Assembly: GCA_951406725.2 (NCBI GenBank)
Contig: OX597835.1
Coordinates: 29,140,001-29,204,000 of the forward strand
Direction: 5' to 3'
Origin: Octopus vulgaris
Lineage: Eukaryota
Length of the DNA stretch: 64,000 nt
Shown: piece by piece, positions 14,716 to 27,425 of the stretch
Position numbering within the stretch: the stretch's first letter is position 1
How the letters are laid out: each line of letters opens with the position of its first letter
Made by a program: the position numbers and the translations under genes
The notes under the pieces: model-generated
Databases searched by the model: none
The model's input: the letters and a program-made list of their open reading frames with translations, nothing else
Told to the model about the DNA's origin: nothing

Positions 14716-15450
14716 CATATATATATATATAGGCTCCGTTAAGGGTTTCGAAACTTGAAATAGCAAGGAATCCGAAATAAACTGTTTTGGATAACACATG
14801 TAACTTCTTAATAAATGTGTTGGGTGACCTTTTGTTTATCCCTTTAGACCCCCCCCCCCCAACACACACACATCAATGGAATACTTGCTGATGAATTGTT
14901 TTTAATTGTTAACAATAAATTTCAACCCTCAACTCGTCCCTATTCCTATCGGATCCTGCGGTATCCTTTTGCTTGACAATTTCGAAGCCAGTAACAAGAA
15001 TTCTCTCCCCAAAATACTTTGCTATAAACGAAAGACATTAAGCTGAATGCAAACGTTAAGCTTAAGGTTATGACTAAGTTTTTCTAGATTTGTTGTTTGG
15101 TGAACGATTAAATTCTAGATTTGGTGTAAGGTTTCCATTAGGATTAGAATTATGGCGAGGTGCTATTGCTTTAGAAATTGCTTAATGTTTCTTTGACACA
15201 AGTGCTACTGGCAGTCTTATGGGGTCACCAGGAGAGAATGCGCACCGTTTCGGGGCCTTCCTCTTGACGGTATAATTGCGCACCACCCATCCCCCACTTC
15301 ACTGACATGAAACCCCACTTGCTAGATCAACAGACTATTAGACTTCACTCAATACTTTTTCTTGGCAAAGGCGGCGATCTGGCAGTTTCGTTAGCACGCC
15401 GGGCTAAATGCTTAGTGGTATTTCGTCTGCCGCTATGCTCTGATATATAC

Positions 15451-15539
<89 letters not shown>

Positions 15540-15594
15540 GTATATGCGTATGTGTGTGCTTGCATGCATGTATGTATGTATGTATGTATGTATG

Positions 15595-15634
<40 letters not shown>

Positions 15635-16670
15635 GAATATAATATATTCTATGGGTTGATTTGAAAGACTGAGGTTTATCTCAGTTCCTAGGATTAGAAA
15701 TAAGATTCGTGTTTTGGTGAAAAAAAAATTATGATGTAGAAAAAAATTGGTGTTGGGATTACTTCGCCTTACTAAATGGCTGAAAGTTCATTGAATAGAA
15801 AACTAAACTTTGAAAATAATATAAAGTTTCAGAATTATGGCAATTAGCAAAATCGTTAGCATTTGTTCAGGCTATTCCCCATCCCACTTCCTTCTGTTGT
15901 GCGTTCCCTTTTACTGTTGTGCGTTCCCTTTCCGCTTGGTTCTGAGTTCGAATCTCTCCAAGATTAATGTTAAATTTTGTACCTTTGGACCATCATTTAA
16001 GTTCCTCCTTTCTCTCTCTCTACACTCTCCCTACCTCTCTCTCTCTCTCTCTCTTTCTCTCCCTCTCTCAGTAAATGTGAATGTACATGTATATATATAT
16101 ATATATATATACATGTACATGTGTATATATATATATTTATACCCTGTTAAAAATGGTTGATAAAGCGGGTATAAATACTGATTTCAAATTTTGGCACAAG
16201 GCCAGCAATTTCGGGGGATGGGGTAACTAGATTACCTCGAACTCCCCTCCCCCCAGGCAATTTGAACTCAGAGCGAACGAAGGACCAAATGCCATTAAGC
16301 ATTTTGTCAGGCATGCTAACGATTCTGGCAGCTAAACGCCTTCGTGATTACACGGATTGGTTTCAAATCCGTCTAAAGGCAAATTCGACCTGCGTGGAAT
16401 TTCAACCAGCAACGTGAAACCGAACGAAATTCCGCTACGCATTTTACTCGACGCGGTAGATTTCTGCCAGCTCTACCCCTTGCTAACTACATATATTGAT
16501 ACTGTATAATTGCTTTCTTGGGTTATTTTATCTGGTTAGGAGAATACATAATGGTTACTAGTATCGGAGATTTTGTAGCACACACACGTATATATAAATA
16601 TGTGTGTAACACCAAATATATAGTGCGTGTGTTTTTATTGGCTAAACTGGCAAAATGACCATTCCTAAAT

Positions 16671-16714
<44 letters not shown>

Positions 16715-16716
<2 letters not shown>

Positions 16717-17132
16717 TCTTTACTCTGCTATTCTTTTCTTTGTTTCAGTCATTTGACTGCGGCCATATTGGAACACCGCCTTTAGTCGAGCAAATCGAAC
16801 CCAGGACTTATTCTTTAGAAGCCTAGTTCTTATTTTATCGTTATCTTTTGCCGACAGCTAAGTTACAGGGACGTAAACACACCACCATCGGTTTTTTAAA
16901 CGATGCTGGGGGAAGACAAACACAGAGACACAGACATATACACACACATACATATATATATATACATATATACGACGGGCTTCTTTCAGTTTCCGTCTAC
17001 CAAACCCACTCACAAGGCTTTGGTCGGCCCGAGGCTATAGTAGAAGGCACTTGCACAAGGTGTCACGAAGAGGGAATGAACCCGGAACCATGTGGTTGGT
17101 TAGCAAGCTACTTACCACGCAGCCACTCCTGT
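16715..17132 (-). mobile_element. CORE-like tRNA SINE, full length
   Basis: Reverse complement of the 24240-24665 family. Confidence 0.85.
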
Positions 17133-17421
17133 ATGTATATATATATGTACACAGTGTTCACAAATTATAATTATACAAATGTAATTATCTTCACTAATTA
17201 CTCGATTTATTATATCTATTACAGACTCATCAATCAACTTGCTTGCAACCAACAGGGCCCATGAGGAAGTGTTCGTGCATGTATATGTGCATGTAGGTGG
17301 GCGGGTATGTGTGTATGTGCGTTTGCGTATGTGGGTGCGTGCGTGTGTATGTGTGTGTGTGTGCGCACACTTATGTATTAGAATGTAGTGTTTGGCGAGT
17401 ATGCACATTCTTGATATTAAT

Positions 17422-17502
17422 GACTCTGATGAAGCAATAAGATGTTGCACAAGCGGTCTACTGTGAATGCACTGTATCTTATAGCAGAAACAGATGTAAG
17501 CT
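17422..17502 (+). ncRNA. Type I hammerhead ribozyme motif (GUA site), slightly decayed
   Basis: gact-CTGATGA-a-gcaataagat...atcttatagc-a-GAAA-cagat-GTA-agct; paralog at 23459-23571. Confidence 0.7.
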
Positions 17503-18373
17503 AATGATGCCGATTGTGTAGCTCCTGTTTGTTAAGTTGTCATTCATCGGTGGATTTATATATGTTTGTGTGTGTGTGCATATTTGTGTGTACGTGAGTG
17601 TGTGTGTGTGTGCATGCGTGTGTGTACATATGTGTGTGTGTGGGTACGTGTGCGTTCGTGCGTGTGTGTGTGTGCGTGTGTGTTTGGGCGTGTAGGTATG
17701 TGTGTGTATGCTCGGTTTTTGTCATTCAAATCCATTCTGGTTATGCTAAAGAATTCTGGTTGAGCCAGGAGCCAGCAATCCCTTTCCTTAAAATAAAACA
17801 GGTTGCTGCGGAATCTACCCAAAGAAATAAGCGAAAAACCAGAGGTAGGCAAGTTGGTTATGGATGGATGGAAATACTGTGTGGATGAACTGATGTACAG
17901 TGCATCGGGGGACGGACTAAAGTCTTAAAAATTTGTTTGTGCCTTGATGTCGGGTTTAATTTTAGATTTCTTTTCCTGTTACGTTTAGGGTTTTTACTAA
18001 AATTTAGACCTAGATTAAAGATTGGCTGGAATGGTAAGGTGCAATCTAAAACAAGAAATAAAAAAAAATAATTGTTTATATTAGTTTAGTTGTTATCAAG
18101 GATATTTTTGTTTAACCCCAGCTCAGCTGTGGTTGAACAGGATTATCTTTGATCAAATGTAGTTGAGTTATGGCCATCCATCGTATTTTGTTTAGGATAA
18201 GTAAAGATCGAAGGTTGCAATATGTTCCTTGTCTCTTAAAACGGTAAGGGGTAATTTTTATGGGGTATTTGACTGTTATTTTTAGCCTTGCAAGCGACTG
18301 ATTACGTTAACGCATCATCGTCGACTCGGGATGTTTCGCTAGCTCGAACTATCTCTGAAGTAAACTTTCACAT

Positions 18374-18757
18374 TGGAAGCACTCCGTCGGTTACGACGAC
18401 GAGGGTTCCGGTTGATCCGATCAACGGAACAGCCTGCTCGTGAAATTAACGTGTAAGTGGCTGAGCACTCCACAGACACGTGTACCCTTAACGTAGTTCT
18501 CGGGGATATTCAGCGTGACACAGAGAGTGACAAGGCCGGCCCTTTGAAATACAGGTACAACAGAAACAGGAAGTAAGAGTGAGAGAAAGTTGTGGTGAAA
18601 GAGTACAGCATTGATCACCACCATCCCTGCCGGAGCCTCGTGGAGCTTTTAGGTGTTTTCGCTCAATAAACACTCACAACGCCCGGTCTGGGAATCGAAA
18701 CCGCGATCCTACGACCGCGAGTCCGCTGCCCTAACCACTGGGCCATTGCGCCTCCAC
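18374..18757 (-). mobile_element. Young chimeric tRNA SINE with 12-bp TSD
   Basis: TSD AAACTTTCACAT at 18362-18373 and 18758-18769; head matches the 11622 family, tail matches the 35350 family. Confidence 0.9.
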
Positions 18758-19104
18758 AAACTTTCACATACACATAGTGAGAAAAAAAAATCAAGACGAG
18801 AATAACAACAACATATTTCACATCAGCACCTACAACAACAACAACATTCACGACAGCGACAACGGAATAATTAAAACGAAATATTTTTATAAAAATGCGG
18901 TTAAGTATTCGAAAAACGTCAAAAAGAAAATACGTACAATACAAATGATACAACAATACCATCAAGAATAACAACAACTATCTCTGAAGCATACAACAAC
19001 AGTTGAAAACTCTTCCACAAGACGTGTTCTTATTTTTTGCGTTCTTTGATTATTTATGAAGAATTCAGGTTTTCTATGGCCGGGAGAGTTATGCAATTAG
19101 CGTT

Positions 19105-19405
19105 CGTTTTGGCTAAAGCCCCAGTGTATATGCCGTGGTCAGTGTTTGCCATGGTCAGATTGTTTTGGCTAATTCACCAGTGTATATGACATGGCCACTA
19201 TTTGTTTCAGCTAAAACTCCAGTGTATATACCGTGGCCACTGTTTTTGCTAAAGCACCAGTTTATATGCTGTGGTCCTGTTTATTATGGCTAAAGCACCA
19301 GTGTATATGCCATGGTCACTGTTTTTGCTAAAGCACCAGTTTATATGCCATGGTCACTGTTTGTTTTGGCTAAAGCACCATTATATATGCCGTAATCACT
19401 GTTGA
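19105..19405. repeat. Minisatellite, 7 units of mostly 38-42 bp
   Basis: Unit approximately TTTTGGCTAAAGCACCAGTGTATATGCCATGGTCACTG(TTTG); GCTAA at 19112, 19168, 19210, 19248, 19289, 19327, 19369. Confidence 0.9.
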
Positions 19406-20127
19406 TTTTTCTATAGTGGTAGGGTTAATGTCACAGTTTTAATTCTCGTAATTTCAGTGAGTGTTAAAGTTCTACCATTGGTTTAACCTTTAACAGAGTG
19501 GTTGCCCCCCCCGCCCATTTCGTTGCGCCTTATGCTTGGTATACTCGTATGTACAAAATTTAGCAAATATTTCAGTTATAACATTTATACAATACTCGCA
19601 AGACTATTTGCGACAGAAGTCGCATTTGCAGTATGACTTAAAACGTTTTGACTGGAACAGAAAATCGTCTGGCAATTGCCATTTGAAGGGAAATTTTGTT
19701 ATCACTGTAAAACATATATTGCTGTGTTTGTACTACCCCCTTGAGACACAACTACACTCAATCTGGAAGATATAGAATACCTCATGAGCAATATAAACGT
19801 CCTAAATTCAACGGCGGCATTTATGAAGATGCTACGAGTTAATTTAATGTGTTAAACTTATTATTAATGTATATCGAATTATACATAGATATATACAAGA
19901 TTCACACAAATATAAGTGTTATAATTTATGACCTACCCAACGACCTTTATCTTTGGAAATCTTTGCCTTCTCCCACCGCACTAAAAAGTTTCGCCACCCC
20001 TGTTTAAATATTAGAGTAAAATTCATGATTATTGATGGTATAGGTTTAGTAACATTGAATGTATAAGAGCTACAGTAGATTTGGTCATATTGGTAGTGTG
20101 ATAGCGTTATTAATTAACAATAGTAAT

Positions 20128-21200
20128 GATCTTTTCTACTCTAGGCACAAGGCCTGCATTTTTGTGCAAAGGGAGATAATCGATCACATTGACCCCAGTA
20201 CTTGACTGGTACTTAATTTAACGACACCGAAAGGATGAAAAGCAAAGTGGACCTCGGCGGAATTTGAACTCAGGACGTAAAGACAGACGAAATACCTATT
20301 TCTTTACTACCCACAAGGGGTTAAACACAGAGTGGACAAACAAGGACAGACAAACGGATTAAGTTGATTATATCGACACCAGTGCGTAACTGGTACTTAT
20401 TTAAGCGGCGAGCTGGCAGAAACGTTTGCTCGCCGGGCGAAATGCTTAGCAGTATTTCGTCTGCCGCCACTTTTCTGAGTTCAAATTCCGTCGAGGTCAA
20501 CTTTGCCTTTCATCCTTTCGGGGTCGATTAAATAAGTACCAGTTACGCACTGGGGTCGATATAATCGACTCAATCCGTTTGTCTGTCCTTGATTGTCCTC
20601 TTCTGTGTGTAGCTCCTTGTGGGTAGTAAAGAAATAGGTACTTATTTAATCGACCCCGTAAGAATGAAAGGCAAAGTCGACCTCGGTGGAATTTGAACTC
20701 AGAACGTAGCAGCAGACGAAATACCGCTAAGCATTTCGTCCAGCGTGCTAATGATTCTGCCAGATTACTGCCTTTAATAATAATAATAATAATAATCTCC
20801 CATTGTGGCACAGGGCTGTCGGTTACATGGACCTCCCCCTCCCCCAGTTCTCAACTAGTACTTATTTCATCAACCCCGAAAGGATGAAATGTACAGTCGA
20901 CCTCAGGAGTATTTGAACTCATAACGTAAAGATGGATGAAATGCTGTTAAGCATTTCGCCCAGCATGCTAACGATTCTGCCATCTCGCCGCCTTTATTAA
21001 CTATAGTAATAATGTGTATCTTTTGTTATCATCTAGCCAACCAGCTGGCAGAACCGTTGGCACGTCGGTCGAAATGCTTAGCGATATTTCTTCCACATTT
21101 ACGTTCTGAGTTCCAATTCAGTTGAGGCTGACTTTGCCTTTTATCCTTTCGGTGTCGATCAAATAAGTACCAGGTGAACACTGTGAGTTGAAGTAATAGT
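20128..21200. mobile_element. Cluster of nested, inverted Nin/Deu-domain SINEs
   Basis: At least 5 partial or complete copies on both strands; a + copy at ~20403-20638 interrupts a - dimer. Confidence 0.85.
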
Positions 21201-21296
21201 CGTTATCCCTGGGTATTGATATAAAAAAATGTCATCACTCTGCCAAGCATTGCGGAACCAGTGTGGCAGAGTAGATTCATCAAACTAGTAATATCA

Positions 21297-21329
<33 letters not shown>

Positions 21330-21352
21330 GCAGTAGTAGCAGCAGCGGCAGC

Positions 21353-21401
<49 letters not shown>

Positions 21402-21849
21402 ATGTGCCATGGTTATCGCTGTTGCTACTGATAATGTTATTTTTTTCCAAAAATATAGTAATTTGCATTTACCATTTTCATGGCCCTTGCATTGAATCTA
21501 AGCATCACTCTCTTAACTATTCGTTTCTTTATTCCGATGGCGTCTCTGAGTACACGTCATTAGGAAAAGGTTAATTTCAACTTTGGTTCACGATTTCAGT
21601 CGAACACAGGATCAAGGGCAGCGTCAAAGTTATCATTTATCGTCACATTCTGTGAATAAATGCTTCAGATAAGGTTGGAAACTCGATATTCCAAAGAAAA
21701 ACAACAACAGCAGCAACAGGAAAAACAACGACAACAAATTAGATGGTTCTGCTTCAGAGATGAAAGCCCGAGAAGTTCATATACGCGCGTTCATTTTGAA
21801 TTGATAAAAGGTGTTTTTTTTCTAATATTTTATATATATATATATAGTT

Positions 21850-22062
21850 GTTAATCCAAACAAGAAAGCACAAAAAAAAAACACAACAACGCGAGGACGT
21901 GGAACAAATATAGTATTATTGGACGATCAGGAAAGAAGGAAAGAAGGAGGGTTTAACATTTCGAGCGGAACTCTTCGTCGGAAACATAGGAGAAGGAAAG
22001 ATCCAGAGAAGGGAAGACAGAGGAAAAAATCGCCAACGGTACACACGAGGTCACATTTTGAA
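21850..22062 (-). mobile_element. Short Penelope-type element with a 35-nt hammerhead at 21951-21985
   Basis: Minus strand gttt-CCGACGA-a-gagt-tcc-gctc-GAAA-t-GTT-aaac; same family as 33672-33860; 3' end abuts (TA)n. Confidence 0.65.
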
Positions 22063-22570
22063 AGGGTTAATTATATACATATATGCATATGTATGTGTGT
22101 GCACGCGCACGGATGTGTTTGCGTCTGTTTTTCCACCCCATTCTTTGATAACCGGTGTTAGTGTGTTTAGCCCTCGTAACATAGCGGTTCCGCAATAGAG
22201 ACCGATAGAATAAGAACCAGGCTTCAAAAAAAAGAAGCACTCGGGCAGATTCGTTCTACAAATATTCTCAAAGGCGTTGCCTAAGCATATCGCTGCAGCC
22301 TCATGACTGAAAGAAACAGTGTGTGTATGTGTGTATGCATGTGTGTGTGTTTGTGTGTGTGCGCGCGTATGTGTTTGTGTGTGTGTGTGTGTGTGTGTAT
22401 GTGTTTGTGTGTGCGTGTGTGGAGTTGTTGGAGTTTGCATACATACGTATATATGTGTGTATGGGCATGCATTCATGGATGTGCAGCCATAAGTCAAGAT
22501 GAGGAAGTCCATGTGTGTACGTCTCTGTACACATGTAAGTATGCATAGGCATTCGTATCAAAGTATGTGC

Positions 22571-22655
<85 letters not shown>

Positions 22656-22660
22656 CAGAC

Positions 22661-22728
<68 letters not shown>
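22571..22728. repeat. (GATA)n microsatellite
   Basis: Direct reading. Confidence 0.95.
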
Positions 22729-22729
<1 letters not shown>

Positions 22730-23458
22730 TGTTTTTGCAAACATATGCATATATATACGTTTATGTGTGTCTGTGTGTGTGTTTTTATCCGTCATGCAAC
22801 GGGCGACTTTGAAAATATGGTAATAATTATAATTTAATTTTTATCAAATTTCTTGTTTCTGATACAAAATAAAGAAACGTATACTAATTTTCTAAAGAAA
22901 AAATTTATTACTTAAATTAAAGATAATTAAAACAAAATTCTCATTTGTATAACTCCTCCCATAACTATCTTGTTAGTTCCTCCCCTCTATTCGTCGTCCC
23001 CTGTCTCTAACATTCTTGTTCTATTACTCCATGCGTGTGTGAGTCTGTGTGAGTGTGAAACGTTCCTTGACACATTGCCTGCCATCAAGCCTAGTATGTA
23101 CACTCATCCAGCCCTTCTTACGTTAGTTTACTCTGCGTCTCTTCAATACTTTGTCTCCTCTCCTTTCTATATAATGTAAAATGTCACTGGAGAAATCAAC
23201 CAACACCCAACGAACAGTTATTTCTTTGTCAAAGAGGTCGTATTGTTGGGCAATCTTAGGCTAGTCTTAACCAGTGAACAATTGCCGAAAATCTTTAAAT
23301 TCCTCTTGCTACTATTAATAGAATTATAGTGCAATTCAAAAGCCAAGGAAAAGAATCAACAGATTCTCGTCCCGGCCGACCTGGGCCCTCGGAAAGGCTT
23401 TCATTCCCCTTATGTTTGTTTTCTCATTCCCAAATAGATTGGTAGGTTTCGTGTTTGA

Positions 23459-23571
23459 GGCTCCAATGAAGCAATAAGGTGTTAATAAAGTGTTATAGAT
23501 GTGTCTGCTGTATGATGCAATGGGCTCAACAATGTGTCCACTGCATCTTATTGAAGAAACAGCTGTAAGCT
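23459..23571 (+). ncRNA. Decayed hammerhead motif (core CCAATGA), paralog of 17422-17502
   Basis: ggct-CCAATGA-a-gcaataaggtg...catcttattga-a-GAAA-cagct-GTA-agct. Confidence 0.55.
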
Positions 23572-24239
23572 AATGAAGGTTATTTGTGATGGTTGTTGTG
23601 GTGGCAGTGACGATGGCAGTGAACATGGTGGGGATGTTGGTGGACGTGGTTGTGATGGTGGTGGTGGTGGTGGTGATCCTGTTAGATATAATGGTGAAGA
23701 AAGTGATGAAAAGGAAAACAGAATGTGAGACACGAAGGAAAATATAATAGAGAGAGAGGACAGCGAATTGTGAAGAACAGAGAGCTGAGAAGAATGACGG
23801 AAGAGATTACATGAGTGAGAAGAAGGAAGAGTGAAAATTAGACTTTGAAAGGTGGACAGTGCGACAGAAGAGTAGGCGGTAGTAAACGAGAGAGGAGAAT
23901 AAAAGAGAGAATAAGACCTATGAGAATGAAACTAAAGAGAATATATTAACTCTGTAAGGCAGAGAACAGGAGTAATAGAGCAGTAAAAGGCAAGCAGAGA
24001 AGGTAACAATGTCACATAGATTAACAAGCAATAGGACTGATGAGGACAGACCTGTATGAAAACATTGTGTCCAGGGTAATTCTTCATTCAATATAGTATT
24101 ATTAACACTGTAAATTATTTAAATTGCAATCTTTCAATGACGTCAAACTGCTGTCTATCTCATTATAAAAATCATTAAATAATTAAGCAATGCTGTGATA
24201 ATGACTACATTCAAAGAATCAAAATAGAAAAAATATATA

Positions 24240-24665
24240 TAGGCGCAGGAGTGGCTGTGTGGTAAGTAGCTTGTTTACCAACCACATGGTTCCGGGTTCA
24301 GTCCCACTGCGTGGCACCTTGGGCAAGTGTCTTTTACTATAGCCTCGGGTTGACCAAAGCCTTGTGAGTGGATTTGGTAGACGGAAACTGAAAAGAAGCC
24401 CGTCGTATATATGTATATATATATATATATATATATGCGTGTGTGTTTGTGTGTCTGTGTTTGTCCCCCTAACATTGCTTGACAACCGATGTTGGTGTGT
24501 TTATGTCCCCGTTACTTAGCGGTTCGGCAAAGGAGACCGATAGAATAAGTACTGGGCTTACAAAAGAATAAGTCCCGGGTTCGAGTTGCTCGATTAAAAG
24601 GCGGTGCTCCAGCATGGCCGCAATCAAATGACTGAAACAAGTAAAAGAGTAAAGGGAGTAAAGAG
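24240..24665 (+). mobile_element. CORE-like tRNA SINE, full-length reference copy
   Basis: A-box TGGCTGTGTGG, B-box GGTTCAGTCCC, ACCTTGGGCAAGT, internal (TA)n(TG)n, tail GGCGGTGCTCCAGCATGGCCGCA..TGACTGAAAC. Confidence 0.9.
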
Positions 24666-24794
24666 TATATAAGACGCGTATTTTATTCGGATCCCTTTTG
24701 CTGATTGTTTTATAAATTCTCTTCAGAGACATACCGGGAATTATACGGGATTAAAGTAAAATGTACGAGTGTGTGAGTTATTGTATGTTTTTAT

Positions 24795-25610
24795 ATTTAT
24801 TTATATGCATGCATATGTATACATACACATGCACTATGTATGTATGTATGTATGTATGTATGTATGTATGTATGTATGTATGTATGTATGTATGTATGTA
24901 TGTATGCGTGCATGTATGTATGTAGGTAGGTATGTATATGCATACACAGCCATTTATTATACGTAATGAAAATACGTCGTGAACAGCAAATTTACTACTG
25001 ACGAATAATGGGTTAAATTCAACTTTCATGGCTTACATTAATTATGATACACAGATGGCTATTTTAATCTAGTAGAGCTTCCATTGCATGTGACGGCTAT
25101 ATGTATGTACATATGTAAATATGTATATATATATGTATATATATATATTATATTAAATTAGAGATAAAACCACTATTAGGCAAATCAAACAATGAAAAAC
25201 ATAAGCCAATACATAAAATTAATTAATATATATTATTTTAAATATATATCAAAAGTATTAAAAGTTTAATAAAAGATATATGTGTATGTGTGTGTATATG
25301 TATGTATATGCATACACACACATATGTAATAGGTCATATAAAAGCTTTACTAGATTAAAATAGCCATCTGTGTATCATAATTAATGTAAGCCATGAAAGT
25401 TAAATTTAACCCATTATTCGTCAGTAGTAAATTTGCTGTTCACGACGTATTTTCATTACGTATAATGCATAAATGGCTGTGTATGCATATATATACCTAC
25501 CTACATACATACATGCACGCATACATACATACATACATACATAGTGCATGTGTGTATGTATACATATGCGTGTGTGTATGTATACATATGCATGCATATA
25601 AATAAATATA
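24795..25610. repeat. Long inverted duplication (arms ~24795-25080 and ~25342-25610)
   Basis: Arms are near-perfect reverse complements, including unique sequence. Confidence 0.9.
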
Positions 25611-25873
25611 TATATATATGTGTGTGTGTATGTGTGTCTATGTATGCATATGCATACACACACACATATGTAATAGGTCATTTGACTGAAAATGTCTACA
25701 TTAGCTGAGAGCATAAAAATTTGAGAAGAAATTTATCAAGGATTTTATAACAGCTCTAGGGTGAAACCTTTACACAGAGCAAATGAAAACTTAATTTACG
25801 TCAATCGCAAATCTAATCAACCTAGAGCTGTTATAAAATCCTTGATATGTAAATATATGTGTGTGCGTATGTA

Positions 25874-25989
<116 letters not shown>

Positions 25990-26014
25990 TATACATATGC
26001 ATGCACACACGCAA

Positions 26015-26985
26015 GGTAGTGGTAGTGGCAGTGATGGTGATGACGAAAAAATCGCTAGTTGCTGCAATGTTGTTGTTGTTGGTGGTGATGGTGGTGGTGA
26101 CGCTGACGACGAGGATGACGACGACGACCATGAAGCTGACGACGACAATGATCGTCGCAGGTGCGGGGGGGGGGGGCAGCTGCTGGTGCTGCCGGTGCGG
26201 TAACATGTGTTATCGTTAGATGTTGTAACGATGCTGGTGCTTCCAGCTTCCAGCTTCTAATAATGCTGGTTGTTTTCGTTACTAACTGTTGTCATTGGCC
26301 GTTGTAAGGGAAGCACTAGCGCCAATGGGGGCGACGATAGCGACGGCGGCAGTGTTCATGTCAGTGGAAGTGGTGGTGGTGGTGGTGGTGGCGGCGGCGG
26401 CGATGGTGGAGGTGGTGTGAGCGGTGGCGATGGCGTTAAAAGAAGGCGATATTGAAAGTGAAGTCTAAGACTGACATTTTCAATTTTTCAAACGAATGTG
26501 TGAATTACTTGGGACTTGTGGAATTAGAAAGGTTAGAGACACACTACTTACCGGGTGGCGGTGGTAGTGGTGGTGGTGCTGCTGCTGCTGCTGTTGGTGT
26601 TGGTGCTGGTGACGGTGATGGCGGCGGCGACGGCAATAGCATTGGTTGTGTTGGTGGCACAGGCAGTGACGCAGGTGCTGGTGCTGGTGGTGTTGACGGC
26701 GATGGTGGCGGCAATGACGGTGGTAGTCTTGGTGGTGGTATTGGGGGAATGATATTGATGGTGGCGGTCGTGACGGTGTTCATGAAAGTGGCGATATTTC
26801 TGGTACTGGTGGTGGCAGAGGTGGCGTTGGTACGGATAGTGAAGGTAGCGTTAGTGGTGGTGGTGGTGGTGGTGGTGGTGGTGGTGATGGTGGTGGTGGT
26901 GGTGGTGGTGGTGGTGGTTCTGGTGGTGGTGGTTCTGGTGGTGGTGGTGGTGGTGGTGGTGGTGGTCATCGTCGTCGTCGTAGGG
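26015..26985. repeat. (GGT)n/(GAT)n/(GCT)n degenerate trinucleotide region
   Basis: Direct reading. Confidence 0.9.
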
Positions 26986-27202
26986 AGTGCAGAAAATAAG
27001 TGAAGAAAACGTGAACAGCAGAGATGGTGGGGTTGGGAAAATGAGTTGACACGGTGGGGTAAGGGGTAAATAGAAAATAAGAAATTAGTATGGGAGTCTG
27101 ATACAATAAATTTCGTACGAATATCATCGCCGTTATTCAATTGGTGTCTGAATAATGGATGACAACCCTGCCATTTAAATGACGCAAATCTTATATAAAT
27201 AT

Positions 27203-27425
27203 ATATAGGACAAATAGCGGAGCTCTAGGCATTTTTCAGCAGTTATTAAGACAAGGTTCTTGTCTTAACTGATAAAAAATGCCTAGAAGCTTTCTGCTCT
27301 GGTATTTGAAACTCTGAGTATTATTATTATTATGACAACTAAGTGATTGTCCTATATTACATTTTTAGATAAATTCCTCTATTTACATAATATGGATGTC
27401 TCATTCATTCTTTTGTTGTCATATT
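27203..27425. mobile_element. Penelope-type remnant with inverted 5' copy; hammerhead at 27266-27326 (+)
   Basis: taa-CTGATAA-a-aaatgcc...ggtattt-GAAA-ctctga-GTA-tta; the inverted copy at 27224-27255 reads taataa-CTGCTGA-aaaatgcctaga on the minus strand. Confidence 0.7.

Noticed and set aside
19105-19405. CRISPR-like regular repeats
   Set aside because: Tandem units without unique spacers, eukaryotic context, no cas genes
26452-27140. Gly/Val-rich or Thr/Pro-rich (mucin-like) ORFs
   Set aside because: Degenerate (GGT)n open on both strands; no splice or domain support
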